Origin: Eledone cirrhosa
Lineage: Eukaryota
Reading direction: 5' to 3'
DNA length: 64,000 bases
NCBI GenBank assembly: GCA_964016885.1
Contig: OZ024744.1
Span: forward strand, 103,602,001 to 103,666,000
A model generated the notes under the pieces. The model saw only the letters and a program-made list of their open reading frames with translations, ran no database searches and was not told the origin of the DNA. The position numbers and the translations under genes are program-made. Positions 14,383 to 28,224 of the stretch are shown here, one piece after another (within the stretch, counting starts at the first letter, position 1; every line of letters starts with the position of its first letter).

Positions 14383-14445
14383 GTAAGTTATGATTTAAAT
14401 AGACTTTATAATTTCATATTTGTGTGCATATGTATGCATATATAT

Positions 14446-14975
14446 AGGAGGTCTCTCTAAAAAGTAACAGGACTGGTGTTACAAACAATTTATTTCAATT
14501 CCATACAACAAACTACATGGTTTCCCTTCGAGTCTAATACACTTTTCTCTTCTTCTCAGCTACGCTTCTATGGACTGCTGGAAGGCTTCATCTGGGATGC
14601 CCCTTAGCTCCTTCGTTATGGCTCTCTTGATTGCCTCCACACCTTCAAAATGGGTCCCTTAAATGACCCCCCGTGAGCTTGGGGAAAAGAAAAAAGTCAC
14701 ATGTAGCAAGATCAGGCGAATAAGGAGCTTGTTCCTGTACAACGATGTTCTTCTCAACCAGGAACTGCCAGATGCAATTAGCCTGTGATCTTCCGCATGC
14801 CCAAATCTTTGGTGATAATCTTCCAAACTCTGTCACAGCTCATACCCGTCGCACTTGCAATCAGTAAAAGAGTCAGCTGTCAATCACCTGCCTCACGCAC
14901 TCAATGTTGGCCTCTTGCTCCTGGGGTCGTCTTCCATGGCCTCGAGTCTATTTAAACCAGTCGAAAATCTGTGAG
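14446..14975 (-). mobile_element. Mariner 3' remnant
   Basis: QAPYSPDLATCDFFLFPKL; TIR-like GGAGGTCTCTCTAAAAAGTAAC after TA. Confidence 0.8.
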
Positions 14976-15009
14976 TGCGATGGGAAGTCGTGTCTTCTGT
15001 ATTACTGCA

Positions 15010-16100
15010 TAATGTCAAAGATCTTAATCCTGTGTCATCCCCTTTGAGATGTGTAATTGTGCAAGGTCAGCTTTTATCACCTCATGTCTTCTTGGGTCTT
15101 CCTACTCTATGGCTTCTATCATTTTTGATCACCCTGCACATTTTCATAAAGCTGTCATCCTTCATACGCATCACATGTCCATACAAATGCAATCTCCTCT
15201 CTAACATACTGCATCTGATCCCTCTTATGCCTAATTTCTTTCTCAGTTATTTATGATTTGCCATTCGCATATATTACTATTATACATCCATGGGAGCATG
15301 CATGCTTCATTTCTTTCCAAACTTTGTATGTCCTCTGCACATAGTACCCAGGTCTCACTCCCATGTAACATTGATATTTGTATACATGCATCATACAGTC
15401 TGCCTTTCATTTTAAGGGTAACACATTTTGTAATTAACAGTGGTATTAGCTCTCTGAACTTTCTCCATCCCGTTCTTACTCTGGCTTCTGTACTTTCAGA
15501 ACACCTTCCTCGACTGCTCATTTCATCACCCAGGTAACAAAATAGAACCGTCTGGGTGTTTGGAATTTCTTCTTTAATTCAGCCATAGATTCAGTTATGA
15601 GAGGTAGATCATCTGCATACAGAAGTTCCAAAGGGCAGCCAGTCTGAAACACTTCTATTATAACCTGTAGGGCAATAATAAGCAGGAGAGGGTTAAGGAG
15701 GGAACCCTGATGAACACCTACCTGTATGCTAAATTCTTCATTATATTCATTGTTAATTCTAACCTTGCTGACTGTTTCTTTATACATGGCTTGTATAGCT
15801 TTCACAAGCCATTCATCAACACCTAGTTTTCTAAGAGCCTACCAGATAATGGGGGGGGGGGGGGGGGGTATTCTGTCAAAGGCTTTTTTCAAGTCCACAA
15901 AACTAAGTAGAGGGGATTACTTTTAGCTAGGTACTTCTGCAGTTGCCTCACAAGGAAGAGAGCATCCATGGTGCTTTTTCCTGACACAAATCAAAACTAC
16001 ATTTTATCAAGGTTAATTCTGTCCCTAATCAGCTGTGCGACAGCTCTTTCTACGACCTTCTTAATTGGTCTAACAACTTAATGCCTCTATAGTTTTCATA
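15010..16100 (-). mobile_element. RTE LINE RT fragment (abundant family in this window)
   Basis: GVHQGSLLNPLL, LLYADDL, GWRKFRELIPLL, LHGSETW. Confidence 0.9.
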
Positions 16101-16104
16101 TGAT

Positions 16105-19100
16105 CCATCGACAAATTATAGAAATGATACTAAAGTCTCGATTGGTAGCATGGATATTACATGCAGTAGTTGTGGAGCAAAAAAATGGAAAGTAGAAACA
16201 CTTGGCAAGTGTTGCTTAGGAGGAAAGGTTAGACATCCACTGATAGAGGACACTCCGTCTGTTATCCATATACTACTTACACTCTGTAATAACAAAGCAA
16301 CACTTCAGAAGCAGTGTTATGCAGTATAATGCTGTGTTTCAGATGATGTCCTTTGCAGCTGAAAAAGATCATACTGACTATGGTTATTTCACAACATTTA
16401 AAACCCAAGGCCAATGCTACCATTTAATCGGCACTTTACTCCCTCAGCCTAATGAGGAACCAAAATTTATTCAAGTTTAGTTTTGGGGCAACAACAAAGA
16501 AAAAGCTACTCAACAATGCAGATATATTTCCAGTGGTCTTCAGCTGTAAGTTATTAGCAATCTAAGAATATGCTTCATGAAAACCATCATTACATAAGAG
16601 TATTCAAATTTGCCTGAGAAAAAACACATGCAAACCCCATTTATTATTGCTAGACCTGTTAAAAAACCAGCAAAAAAATCCAAAAGACGTTACAACAAAC
16701 CACTGGAAGACGAAGTGGCTGTACTGATGGTCAATAAACAACATAAATCCAGAGGCATCATTGTACAGGAGAGATACGGCCATGTACAAAGAATTTCAGA
16801 GACATAGAACATATGATGCTCTTCAGTACCTTTGATTTTTTGGAGAGGTCAAGATGGATACAATTTCGCCTTAAGACAAGTAAACTCCAGTACAGGTGAG
16901 GAAACTAATAAATCGGTCAGTTGCAAAGACTTTTATTCATTTCACTTCATGGTAAGAGATTACTTTAACCATATCCTAAGAATGGGAAACTTACAAGCCA
17001 ATTAATGGTTGATGTTTATGCCAAAATTGAAGCTGAATGGTTGTCATTCATTAAAAACAACCAAGCTAAACTTAGAATAGATCAATACATCCACTTGGGC
17101 GATGCTATTATAACTGATGGAATGAATCCTTCCAGTGTTGGTCAGCCAGTCATTCTGCCATCCCTATTCACAGGCAGTCCATGCTATATGGCTGAAGCAC
17201 ACAAGATGCCATGACATATGTAAGAAAATTTAGTTGTCCAGATATTTTCATTACATTTACAATCATATGTGCCCTGAAATTGAAAATGAACTGTTTGAAC
17301 ACCAAGATGCAAAAAGATAGACATGACATCATTGCCAGGGTTTTCAATGAGAAACAGATCTTGATGTGGATGCTAAAAGATGAACAAATCTTTGGTGAAT
17401 TAAGATGTTGGCTTTACACTATTGAATGACAGAAAAGAGGTCTTCCTCATTCCTATATGCTAATTTGGTGTACAAACCACATTCACTCAGATGACATTGA
17501 TAAAATCATTAGTGCTGAATTGCCCGATCCTGATGAAGACGCAGAATTATTTGCTATTATCTCAAAACAAATGCTACATGGTCCATGTGGCAGTATCAAC
17601 CCCAAGTGTGTGTGTGCATGAGAGGTGACAATTGAGAAAAAAGATACCTAAGTTCTTTTCAACATGAAACAATAAGTGGAGGTGACGAATATCCTCAATA
17701 CAGATGGAGAAGCCCTGAATTTGTTGGAAAAAGTGTGATTATCAAGATACAAGGTGAAGACATTCAGTTTGGTAACAAATGGGTCATTCCTTACAATCTT
17801 CTCTGCAAAATTCTTGATACTTACATCAGTTGTGTGTACTGCGCATCAGTCAAATCAATTAAGAATGTTTGTAAATATGTCAACAAAGGTAGTGATATGG
17901 CAACCTTTACTATTGGTGGCGATAAGCAACTAAATGAAGTTAAAATGTACCCAACAGGAAGATACATTTCTAACAATGAAGCCATATGAAGAACCTTTGG
18001 TTTCGATATATACTTTGAAAATGGTCAGAGGGTATATTACACTGAAGAAAATGCACATTTGATGGTTGAGTCTTCCCCAGACACAACTTTCATTGTTTTT
18101 CTTTAAAGCTTTGTGGAGAAGATGCCTTTGCTAAAACCTTGCTTTATCATGAGGTTTCCACATTCTACACATGGAATAAGAAGAAATGGAGCAGACAAAA
18201 GATAGGCAATTATGTGTATGGCTGTCAAGACATCAAAGCAAGTGGAGCAATAGGAAGGATTTACATGGTCCATCCTAAACAAAGGGAATGTTTCCATTTG
18301 AGGTTACTCCTTCACACTGTTAGAGAGCCAACATCATTTGAAATTATCAAAATTGTACATGGAACTCCCTGTGCAACATCCCCTGAAGCATGTAAATTAC
18401 TTGGCCTACTTGAAGATGAGGAATATTGGAAAAAAACATTGGAAGAGGCAGCTGCCACACAAATGACTAAAAAGCTTCGACAGCTCTTCACTGTAATGCT
18501 CACTATGTGCACTATTTGAGTCTCTGGGAAAGCTATAAGAAAGACTTGTTGGAAGATATATTGCAAATGATCAAACTTCAAAACACTAGCATAAATGTAG
18601 ATTTTTCTCCACCCCATCTGAGTAAAATTGGCTGGTCACTTAAGGATTATGGTTTACCAGAACTTAAAGACACAGCTGCATGTTGTATGGCATAGGATAT
18701 ATTAAGGGTGAAGAACTAGGACATCAACTAGCTTACATAATATGTCAATGAAAATGAAAAAAACCTGATTGAAGATCAGAGAATTGATTATGAAAAAATG
18801 TTGACCAGTATCAACCAGAATCATTACTTCTTGGATGCTCCAGGAGGAACTGGTAAAATCTTTATAATAAACCTCATTTTGGCAAAAGTAAGGCTGCGAA
18901 ACCAAATTGTTTTGGCTGTTGCATCAAGTGGTATTGCTGCTACCTTACTTGATGAAGGCAAAACAGCACACTCAACGGTCAAGTCGCCATTGAATGTCAC
19001 AAGAGAAGTGTCTCCTTCGTGCAATATCAAAACAAACATGCCAAAAGCAAATCTTTTAGAGAAATGCTCTGTGACCATATGGGGTGAGGCCACAATGGCA

Positions 19101-19270
19101 CATAGAAGGTTATTTGAAGCTCTGGACCAGTCTTTAAGAGACATCAGAAGATGTAATGAAATCATGGGAGGAGTAACTGTGATGCTCCATCGTTCCTAAA
19201 GGCACGAGAGCTGATATTGTAAACGTTTGCCTCAAAGTCTCAACTATATGGCAACAAGTTCAGTGATTAC
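16105..19270 (+). mobile_element. Decayed Helitron RepHel (HUH replicase plus Pif1-family helicase)
   Basis: YDALQY, VDVYAKIE, ILPSLFTGSP, YTIE.QKRGLPH, HGPCG, KYVNKGSD, Walker A DAPGGTGK, VASSGIAATLL. Many frameshifts. Confidence 0.92.
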
Positions 19271-19595
19271 CCTTGGCATCCTCAGGTCAGTCTGCCTTCT
19301 TACCTCTTCCCCTTTGTATTTCGGCCTGCTTAGCCCCCCACCACTATGAAGGTATTTAACTATGTACACAACATCCCACATCATTGATCACTCCCAGTGA
19401 CAAGAAAAACAACAAACTTTTAGGATTTATTGCTTAGATATTTTTGCTTTTTTTTTTGCTTTGACTGCATACCCATATATGGACTGTCCCCCTTGATAAG
19501 TTCAGCTAGATTCCTGCCATTCTAATACTGGTGGCTTAGATTGGATCTAGCTGTTGAAATGGCTGGAGATCAGCTGTCGGTATTCTGCCTCTTTT

Positions 19596-19634
<39 letters not shown>

Positions 19635-19759
19635 GGTTGTTTTGGAAGCCTCAACAATGCAGATGGGGGAAATCTCTGGGTAACAGATCAAGTGGTAATG
19701 AGAGAGATGTAAGGGGAATTGTGGAATGAGACGTATAGGGTGTAGAGGAACGTAGGAAA

Positions 19760-20560
19760 GAGTGAAAAAATGATAATTGTCCCTATATTTCGGATTTTGC
19801 TTCCATCAACGGGGTTTTCTGAGGGGGGAAAGTTTTTAGTCGGAGATGGACAACACGTGGCCTCTGTTGTCTATCGTGTATGTACAACTGTAGGGCGTGC
19901 GTGTGCGCAGAATAGCTGTGGTCAGACAAAGGTCGAGGCAGTTCGTCTATACTAGAGTAGTGGGGTGGTGATGTGTCAGTGCGTACACATCTTCGCTGTC
20001 AATTTCTTATATTCAGTCTTTGATAGTGGCAGGTGTGGTGTTGGTATTGGTAGTCTGCCTGATTGTTGTTTGTCGGTTGGTGGTTGGTCGACACGATATA
20101 CACACAATAACGTTCGCTCGATTGCTACTGTGTGTGTGTGTTGTTGTTGTTCCATTTATTTACACCAGCCATATCGTCTCACTTCTCTCGGATCGGTTAT
20201 TTATTTGTGGTCCGAGGCGTTTGATCCAAAGTGCCTCCTTGATCCTTAAATTGCCGACGTTGTATTCCATCGCTAACACTGTGACAATGGGCCTTCCATC
20301 TTTGTTTCCGCATTTGATTATGTGTTTCCAGAAAGGTGTTGATGTGTTCCTAATCCGGACATGTAGTGGCCGGATGGTGCTACCAATGTAGAAGTTGTTA
20401 CACTTGTCACATTCTACCTTGTATACGACGTACATGCGTAAGCAACAGTTCGTTTGGTGCATCAGACAGTTGCTGAGGGAACACGCGTCAACCAATTTGA
20501 CATTGTTGAGGCTTCCAAAACGACCAATTTTATTATTCCACAATGCTTCAAGCAAACTTC
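19760..20560 (-). mobile_element. Penelope-like element GIY-YIG endonuclease fragment with 3' region
   Basis: VVYKVECDKCNNFYIGSTIRPLHVRI...LRIKEALWIK..PQIN. Confidence 0.85.
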
Positions 20561-20587
20561 AACACTCTCTTATATATATATACACAT

Positions 20588-20832
20588 GGATCGATAAAAT
20601 AAAGTACCAGTAATGCACTGGGTAATTGCTGGCCTTGTGCCTAACGTAGAAACAATTATTTAAAAGCAACCCTTTATGATCTGAGTTCAAATCCCACCGA
20701 GGTTAATTTTGCCTTTCATCCTTATGGGGTCGTTAAAATAAAGTACCAGTCACGCACTGGAGTCAATTTATTCAACTTTCCTCTTCCCCAAAATTGCTGG
20801 CCTTGTGCCTATATAAGAAACCGTTATTTAAA
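20588..20832 (+). mobile_element. Two tandem partial family-A SINEs
   Basis: GTTCAAATCCC B-box, GGGGTCGATAAAATAAAGTACCAG core, ATTATT tail. Confidence 0.85.
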
Positions 20833-21033
20833 AACAACAGAAATATTCTTTAAAAGTTTTAATGCTGCAAAAAACACTGTATTTCAATGGCCTCGTTACA
20901 TTATCCAATCATGATGTAAGACTTTGGTGATGTCATCAGGTGTGGATTGCTAATTTAGTTAATTGATAATGGAATTACAGCAATCACAAACAGAGAATAC
21001 AATAGATTTGATTCGGAGATAGCCAATTGTACA

Positions 21034-21337
21034 CAGCTTGCAAGGGTGGGACGGGAACTGATTCTGACTTGATTTCTACAGCTGGATGCCCTTCCTAACA
21101 CCAACCTCATTTACAGTGAGTACTGGGTGCGTTTTTGCCGTGGCACCTCCACGACCGCTTTGCAGTGGAATGATAGGGACCGCAGTCCCTATCATCTCAT
21201 TTCTACAGTTGAGTAAACTGGAGCAATGTGAAATAAAGTGTCTTGCTCAAGGAAACAACAGATCACCCGGTCTGAGAATTGAACTCACAACCTTTCGATT
21301 GCAAGGCTAATGCTCTATACACTAAGCCATGTGCCTC
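21034..21337 (-). mobile_element. tRNA-derived SINE, family B (other copies 29896-30238, 35640-35908, 53806-54137)
   Basis: Reverse complement begins with a tRNA-like head GGCACATGGCTTAGTG...GAGTTCAATTC, then CCTTGAGCAAGACACTT. Four copies are in the window. Confidence 0.88.
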
Positions 21338-21479
21338 TATTATAAGAACAATATATAATTAGATCAGTTCCTGTATGAGCAAGGCATGGTCAGCCGACCA
21401 GACACTGCCCACAACAGGACAACCCGTCTAACCCATGCTAGCGTGGAAGAACGGACGTAAAACGGTGATGATGATGATG

Positions 21480-24300
21480 ATTATATTCCATATTCCACCA
21501 CCTCAATTTCATTGCCTCCAACCTCAATTAATCGGGTGCCACGCCGTTGGACTGAATGTACTTAGTTTTCGCACGATTAATCCTCAGGCTAACCGCCAAA
21601 CCTCTGCTGTTCAGTTCATCAAGCATGGTCTATAGTTGCCCGATAAGTTCTGCAATAAGTGTAATGTCATTTGCGAACTGGAAGTGAGTGAGCAGCTCGC
21701 CAGTGATTTGCACACTGCTGTCCCAGTTGATATGTCTTGTGACCATGGCTGTAATACCATATTGATCTAGAGACTGTCAAAGGGCTTCTCGTAGTCAACA
21801 AACACAACACAGAGGCAACCGATATTCTTTTGCTTACTCCAACAACTGCATCATATGATCCATGGTGCTGAAATTCTTTCTGAAGAGTGCTTAATCTCTT
21901 GTCAAGAAGCTATTCAAGCAGTTGTGATAATTGGTATACAATTATCTTTGCAATGCTGCGACGTCACCTAAAAAATAAACGCAACCATGCCTCTCCTGGT
22001 CTTGATGGTGTTACGTACCTGCTTCTTAAACGTGGTGGGTACTTCCTTCTACACCAGTTATCACGCTTCTTCCAATTCTGTCTGAACAACAGTGCTACTC
22101 CAGAACAGTGGAAAACTGCCAGTGTCATTCCTCTGTTCAAAAAGGGTGACCGCACATCACCTGTGAACTATCGTCCAGTCAGTCTTACTAGTTGCATCGC
22201 CAAACTGATGGAATCCTGTGTCAGAGAAACACTTTGGAACTTCTGGAGCTCTCACAGTCTTATCCGGCCCTCGCAATTTGGATTTATCCCCAACTCCAGC
22301 TGTGGTGATCAACTTATAGAGTTTCTTGAGGACATCACCTAGATCACTGATGGCGGCTCATGGGTGGATGTTGTTTACCTTGACTTTGCGAAAGCCTTCA
22401 ATTCTGTGCCACACAAAAGGCTCATGACAAAACTCTCTGCAATGGGTGTGAAGGATGATCTTTTTAACTGGTTGAAGTCCTTCATTCTCAGTTGAAGAGA
22501 GGTAGTCACGGTTCTGGGACAGCATTCCTCACCATATGAGATGTAATCTGGTGTACCACAGGGATCTGTTCTTGGCCACCTTTTGTTTGTGGCATATATT
22601 AATGACATAGATGCCAACTTAAGGAATGCCACAGTACTAAAGTACGCAGACGACATCAAGCTGTACCTTGAGATAAAAAGGACAGATCCTGAACACTATA
22701 GATCTTGCTTGCAGTCTGACCTGGACACAATGCAACAATGGATCTCAGACTGGCAACTCAAGCTAGCTGTGGACAAGTGCACCACCATGCATTTTGGGAG
22801 TAAAAACCCAGCATCCACATACTCCCTCCACAGCACTAATATCAAGAAGTCTTCCTGTGAATGTGACCTGGACATTACGGTCAGCAGCGATTTGTGTTGG
22901 ACGAGGCACGTCTCTAAAATTGTCAAGAGGGCCGAGGGTGTCTTAGCATCACTCAGCAAGACCTTTGTCAGCCGCTCTACAGATATCTATTTAAGGCTGT
23001 AAACAGCTATGGTGCGACCACACTTAGAATTTGCATCACCAGTCTGGCACCCCTATCTTGCTCAGAACATTGACCGCCTGGAAACTGTTCAGAGACGTGC
23101 AACCAAGCGAATACCCTCCATCAGGCATCTACCATACTCTGAGTGCCTTGCTTCCCTGGGCATGGATTCATAGAAGCTCCGACGCCTGGCAACTGACTTG
23201 GTAAACACCCACAAAATTGTTAACCATGTTGCCAACAACAACCCTGAGTACCTTTTTGATTTTCATGTGTCTAACACACGTGGACATGCCCACAAAGTCA
23301 GAAAACAGCACAGTTCCCATGACTTTTGGAAACATTTTTTCACGCTCAGAGTTGCTGAAGCATGGAACAAGCTACCTGTATCAGTTGTTAGCTGTCGAGA
23401 CACTGCATCCTTTCAGGCCTCCATGCTTCCCGAGATCCGCCAACACTACAGCTAACACATACACACATGTACTTCCCTGGCATTTGTGTATTATTCTGTG
23501 TACTATACATACACCTTTGACGAGTTGTATTGCACCTGAGCACTTTACACAATAATTTCATTATTATTATTATTATTATTATATGTGAGACATGAAACAT
23601 ATTGGGTGATAGTTCTTGAGATCTTCTCGATCACCCTTCTTATACAACGGGATGGTATTTGACTTTTTCCATTGAGAGAGTATAGGCCCTTTTCTTATGT
23701 TTGAAACACAGAGCAAGGATTTTCCACAGTTGCTCACCGCCAGACTGCAGCATCTCAGCCAAACTATAATCAAGGGACGCGATATGAATAGTGAGATTTC
23801 ACAGAGAATATGATCAGGCTGGAGAACATTCAACTCGGCAAAGAATGTGCTGAAAGTTAAACCACAAAGCTACTCGTGCAAACCTCTTCAACAGCACAGT
23901 TCTACCTGCAATATTTTGTGCAAGTGAAATGTGGGCGGCAATGAGGTGGAAGGAACAGTGGTTAATAACAGTGCAAAGAGTGATGGAAAGGTTGATGCTG
24001 GGAATCTCCTTGAGAGATCACATCTGAAACAAACAAATCAGGGAAAGAACCGGAGTGAAGGATGTTATCACTGAGTACCGTCTGAACAAACTCAAATGGG
24101 CTGGACATGTTGTACGGGTCACTGATAATGGGTGGACTCGTGCAATTATCGAGCAGAAATGACCACCTGGAAGGCCTACATGCTGATGGATTGATGATAT
24201 AAAGAGAATAATTGGATCACAATGGAGAAGGAGAACAAGATCAAGAACGTAATGGATGAAATGTGTCCAGCAGATTCAAAGCAATATTTAACAATCTGGC
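21480..24300. mobile_element. RTE LINE with 5' inversion (minus 21480-21945 and 23583-23748; plus 23749-24300), split by a CR1 insertion
   Basis: Minus: KKGDREDLKNYHPIC, FVDYEKPFDS, HFQFANDI. Plus: NLFNSTVLPA, LKWAGHV. Confidence 0.75.
21946..23582 (+). mobile_element. 5'-truncated CR1-clade LINE with (ATT)n tail
   Basis: SPGLDG, NYRPVSLTS, YLDFAKAF, SGVPQGS, KYADD, LEFASPVW, TRGH..FF..RV. Inverted paralog of 30940-32600. Confidence 0.95.
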
Positions 24301-25390
24301 TGGTCAAACGTGATATTTTATATTATATTCTATATTAAGCAACCTTTAGATTTAATAATAGCTACCGATTTAATTTAATTTAAATTTTAATTGTATTTTA
24401 AACTATGTACTTGCATTTTTTACCTAAGTATAGTTATATCTATCCACCCCACATAATTTGTTCCCTCTACTGCACCATTATCATTATCTTTGTATTGTTA
24501 ATATCTGGTATGCATTTCTCAACCGACTGACTGCATGAAGGTATTCCGAGTAACACATAAAACGCCTAAATTCGGTTCCATACTTTGAATACTTGTAATT
24601 ACTTATTTGATTAATTCATTTTCTCCTCTCTTCAATATTTGAAAATATTTAGTGACTAGTAACCTGTTTTGGGGGACTTTGTAGAGATGAGGAGGGCTGT
24701 TATATCAGTCTCGTTGGAATGCCATGCTACATTTTCTTTTCTTTCGCAATACAAACACCCAGATATTTGGACAAACTAGTTTACTTACCCTTTAATCAAT
24801 TAATAAATCACTGACATTAAGATTATAATTACCCACCTCATGTAACCTTATACTATCAACATTTATCCCTACTTTTTATAATGTTTTATAACTGTTTATA
24901 ATTTTTTATAATTTTTATAAACTTGTACACTTTCATAGCACTTATCTCCTTTTAATTTTTCACCATCAAGCAATGCTGGTTTTTGGCCAAGGTCTGCTGA
25001 CACAAAGTTTAGTACCCCTAAACTTCTGTGGCAGTGGACTGTTTGCTTCTGATTAATGGTGTGGCATTATCTGGGGACAGCAGAATTTTTGTTGCTACAA
25101 AATAACCCCAAACACACACACACACACACACACACATTGATATATATTGAAATATATTCATTTAATATGGCTAAGTAGTGAGCCTTATTACTCCAGAGTA
25201 ACAGAACCCCACTAAACCATATTAAATGAATGTTTAAACATATATACACTCAAACATACATACACGCATACACATTCATGTAGGATTGCTATTATTTTCT
25301 TTTATGATGATGCCATACCTACACATATACATACACATTTACATGAGGCGCTGCTATTAATTTATTTGATTTAAAAAAAAATAATTTCAG

Positions 25391-25453
25391 ACTTTGCTAC
25401 CATTCAGGGTTCCTTGGAATCTATATTAAAGACTGATGTTTCAAAAAAGGAAG
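25391..25453 (+). CDS. Micro-exon 2 (63 nt, phase 1-1); (D)FATIQGSLESILKTDVSKKE
   Basis: TTTCAG acceptor and AAG|GTAAGT donor. Length is 3n and only the phase-1 frame is open. Shares the flank GTAAGTTATAATTTAAA. Confidence 0.8.
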
Positions 25454-26049
25454 GTAAGTTATAATTTAAACACCCTTTGTATATATTATTTAGTATATTA
25501 ACGGCAATTACAAACTATTAAGCACATTTAACGACCTTGAAACCTTAACACCCCAGGCAAGGCTCAGCGTGCAACACTGGATGGGTGTGGTGTAGCAACT
25601 CGATAAGAAGAGAGTATATTAACATAATATATTGTTCTACAGTATCTGTATATGTGTAATGTATGTGTAGAAACATATGTATATGTGACACATGTATGTA
25701 TTGTTTGAAGGAAGGGTATTGAATACTGATTTCATCTATGTTAACCGATACATACCTTGCTAGCAGGGAAAAACAGATGTTAAATGATGATGATTTCTAT
25801 ATTATGTATATATATTTATATATGATACTTTCACAAACATACATTCACACATGCACACTTAGATACATACACATACACACATACACACATACATACTGAT
25901 GAGGAATCACTATTGGTGAAAATTTATAAATAATAAATAATAATAAAAATTTACAAATAATAAAATGAGAACATACATGCATACATACTTACATATACAC
26001 ATATATATACCCATATATAGATACATATATATATATACATATGCACACA

Positions 26050-26218
26050 CAGGAGGTTGGTGCGTGATTTGAGGGAGATCTGGTTGCTATTTCTAGCTTG
26101 GTGGTCTAGAACATAATCTCTTTTAGGGTTCATCTATATGATATTGTCAATGCTAGACCTTGAAACCTTAACACTAGATATGCTAGAAATAGCAACCAAT
26201 TCTCCCTCAGCTCATGCC
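26050..26218. repeat. Short inverted-repeat (MITE-like) element
   Basis: Arms GAGGGAGATCTGGTTGCTATTTCTAGC and GCTAGAAATAGCAACCAATTCTCCCTC. Confidence 0.65.
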
Positions 26219-26347
26219 TTATTAACTTAAGATACTAGGTTACACTACCCAGAAACCAGCATATTTATCTGCTTATATAATATGTATATACATGTAGATT
26301 TGATATTATTTTCTTTATTTTTCCTTTAATGTGCACCAATATTCCAG

Positions 26348-26374
26348 AGATGAGCGAGGAGGGTGATAAAAAGG
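26348..26374 (+). CDS. Micro-exon 3 (27 nt, phase 1-1); (E)MSEEGDKK
   Basis: TTCCAG acceptor and AGG|GTAAGA donor. Length is 3n and only the phase-1 frame is open. Upstream ATGTAGATTTGATATTATTTTC is a variant of the shared motif. Confidence 0.68.
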
Positions 26375-26517
26375 GTAAGATCTAATAAAAAGTCTTTCAT
26401 ATTTTTAACTAACTCAACAATATATATACATATATTTATATTGTTATACTTAGGGAGGGATATGTTGCCAATAAAGCCACACAGACCTGTTGGTTTCCAC
26501 TTCAATCTATTATAAAT

Positions 26518-26690
26518 TAATTGTTTCTTCTTTTTGGCACAAGGCCAGCAATTACCCAGTGCATTAGTTGTTCTTTATTTTATCGACCCCGTAAGGATAA
26601 AAGGTAAAGTTAACCTCGGCGGGATTTGAACTCAGATCGTTAAGGGACGTAACTATGCTGGAAAGCATGGCATCCAACCCTCTACCGATA
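26518..26690 (-). mobile_element. Family-A SINE with TSD TATTATAAATTAAT
   Basis: Matches the copy at 27648-27829; the TSD is visible on both sides. Confidence 0.9.
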
Positions 26691-26758
26691 TTTATTATAA
26701 ATTAATGAAGTATACACATACACACACACACAGATAGATGTATGTAAGTATTATGTGA

Positions 26759-26869
<111 letters not shown>

Positions 26870-27647
26870 TACATATATTTAGAAATAAATAAATAAATAA
26901 ATATATATATATACTTTATAAATAACAATCAAAGAGTGTTTAGAAGATTTAATTACTAACCATCTTGTCAAAGAACATTCTGGGGATACACAATATGGGA
27001 AGAAAGCATTTGTTAATTAATTAGTATTAATTGGTTATCTTTATGTAATTTGTTATTTCTTTTATCCTTCCATATTATTTAGAATATATATAAATAAATA
27101 TTTTAAAGAATTTCTTTTTTAATTTTTTAATAAAATTTTTTGATAAATTCTAATAATATACAGCATTTTACTATACATTGATAAATCATTTTATTAGTAT
27201 TTGGTAATATATTATTCTGAAATTATTATTAATAATTTTAAAAATAATTCTTTAGCTCTATAATCATTAGCCCTGATATTTATTATTGTTGTTATTACAC
27301 CTTGACTTACTAAATAAACATTTAACAAAGTGTAACTCTCCTTTAAAAAATATTCATGAATTACCTCCTTCTCATTCTTTTTTTTTCCCATTAAACATTA
27401 TTTGATAAATTTAAAAACATTATGTTAAGATAGGGTCATGTATAATTAATATATGACTTTCTCCATCCTATCCATATATGTGGTACCTTTCTCTGATGAT
27501 AGCAACTATTATATATTGGATCTTACTTTGCTGGTCATTTTCTCAATATTAATCCCTTCGATTAGTTTGATTAATTATTAATAATAACAACATTTTAACA
27601 TCTATTTTGCTGACTACACCCAGCGGATATTATTACATTTGAAGTAT

Positions 27648-27829
27648 CGGTGGATTGGCAGTATCGGTAGAGAGTCGGACGCCATGCTTTCCAGCATAGT
27701 TACGTCCCTTTACGGTCTGAGTTCAAATCCCGCCGAGGTTTACTTTACCTTTCATCCTTACGGGGTCGATGAAATAAAGTACCAGTAATGCACTGGGTAA
27801 TTGCTGGCCTTGTGCCTAAAGTAGAAACA
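27648..27829 (+). mobile_element. Full-length family-A tRNA-derived SINE (central domain resembles the MetaSINE domain), 19-bp TSD
   Basis: B-box GAGTTCAAATCCC; CCTTTCATCCTTACGGGGTCGAT..AAGTACCAG; TSD ATTATTACATTTGAAGTAT at 27629 and 27830. Confidence 0.92.
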
Positions 27830-28224
27830 ATTATTACATTTGAAGTATAATAGATTATCTATATACTTAAGACTATAAGATGTAGTAGAACCTTTTATTA
27901 AAAATACATTTTGAGATGTATTTTTACATTCTTAAATTTATATTTGATCTATTCACTAGTTTTTATAGACTTTTGTAATGCTTATGTTGTATGTAATATG
28001 CCTTGCATTATCCTTAACTTCCTTATACCAGCATGTTTTAAAGTTTTTTTATGCTTTTAGCTGCTCTTATTTACATTTATATGATCATATTTTTCATATG
28101 CTTATTTTATTTGTGCTTTCTTTTCTTATATGAATGTTAATATTTATTATTTATGCTTTCTTCCCATATTGTGTATCCCCAGATGTTCTTTGACAAGTTT
28201 ATCTATGTTTTAACCTTTGATTTA

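Noticed and set aside
18798-19199. Host Pif1 helicase gene
   Set aside because: It is fused to Helitron Rep motifs, intronless and frameshifted.
19490-19815. Further hammerhead-like strings (19490-19560, 19780-19810; also near 25897 and 42590)
   Set aside because: The cores are too degenerate or the stems cannot be completed by eye.
20941-21010. TGTGGATTGCTAAT...TTACAG as a fifth micro-exon acceptor
   Set aside because: It lacks a pyrimidine tract and has no matching GTAAG donor downstream.
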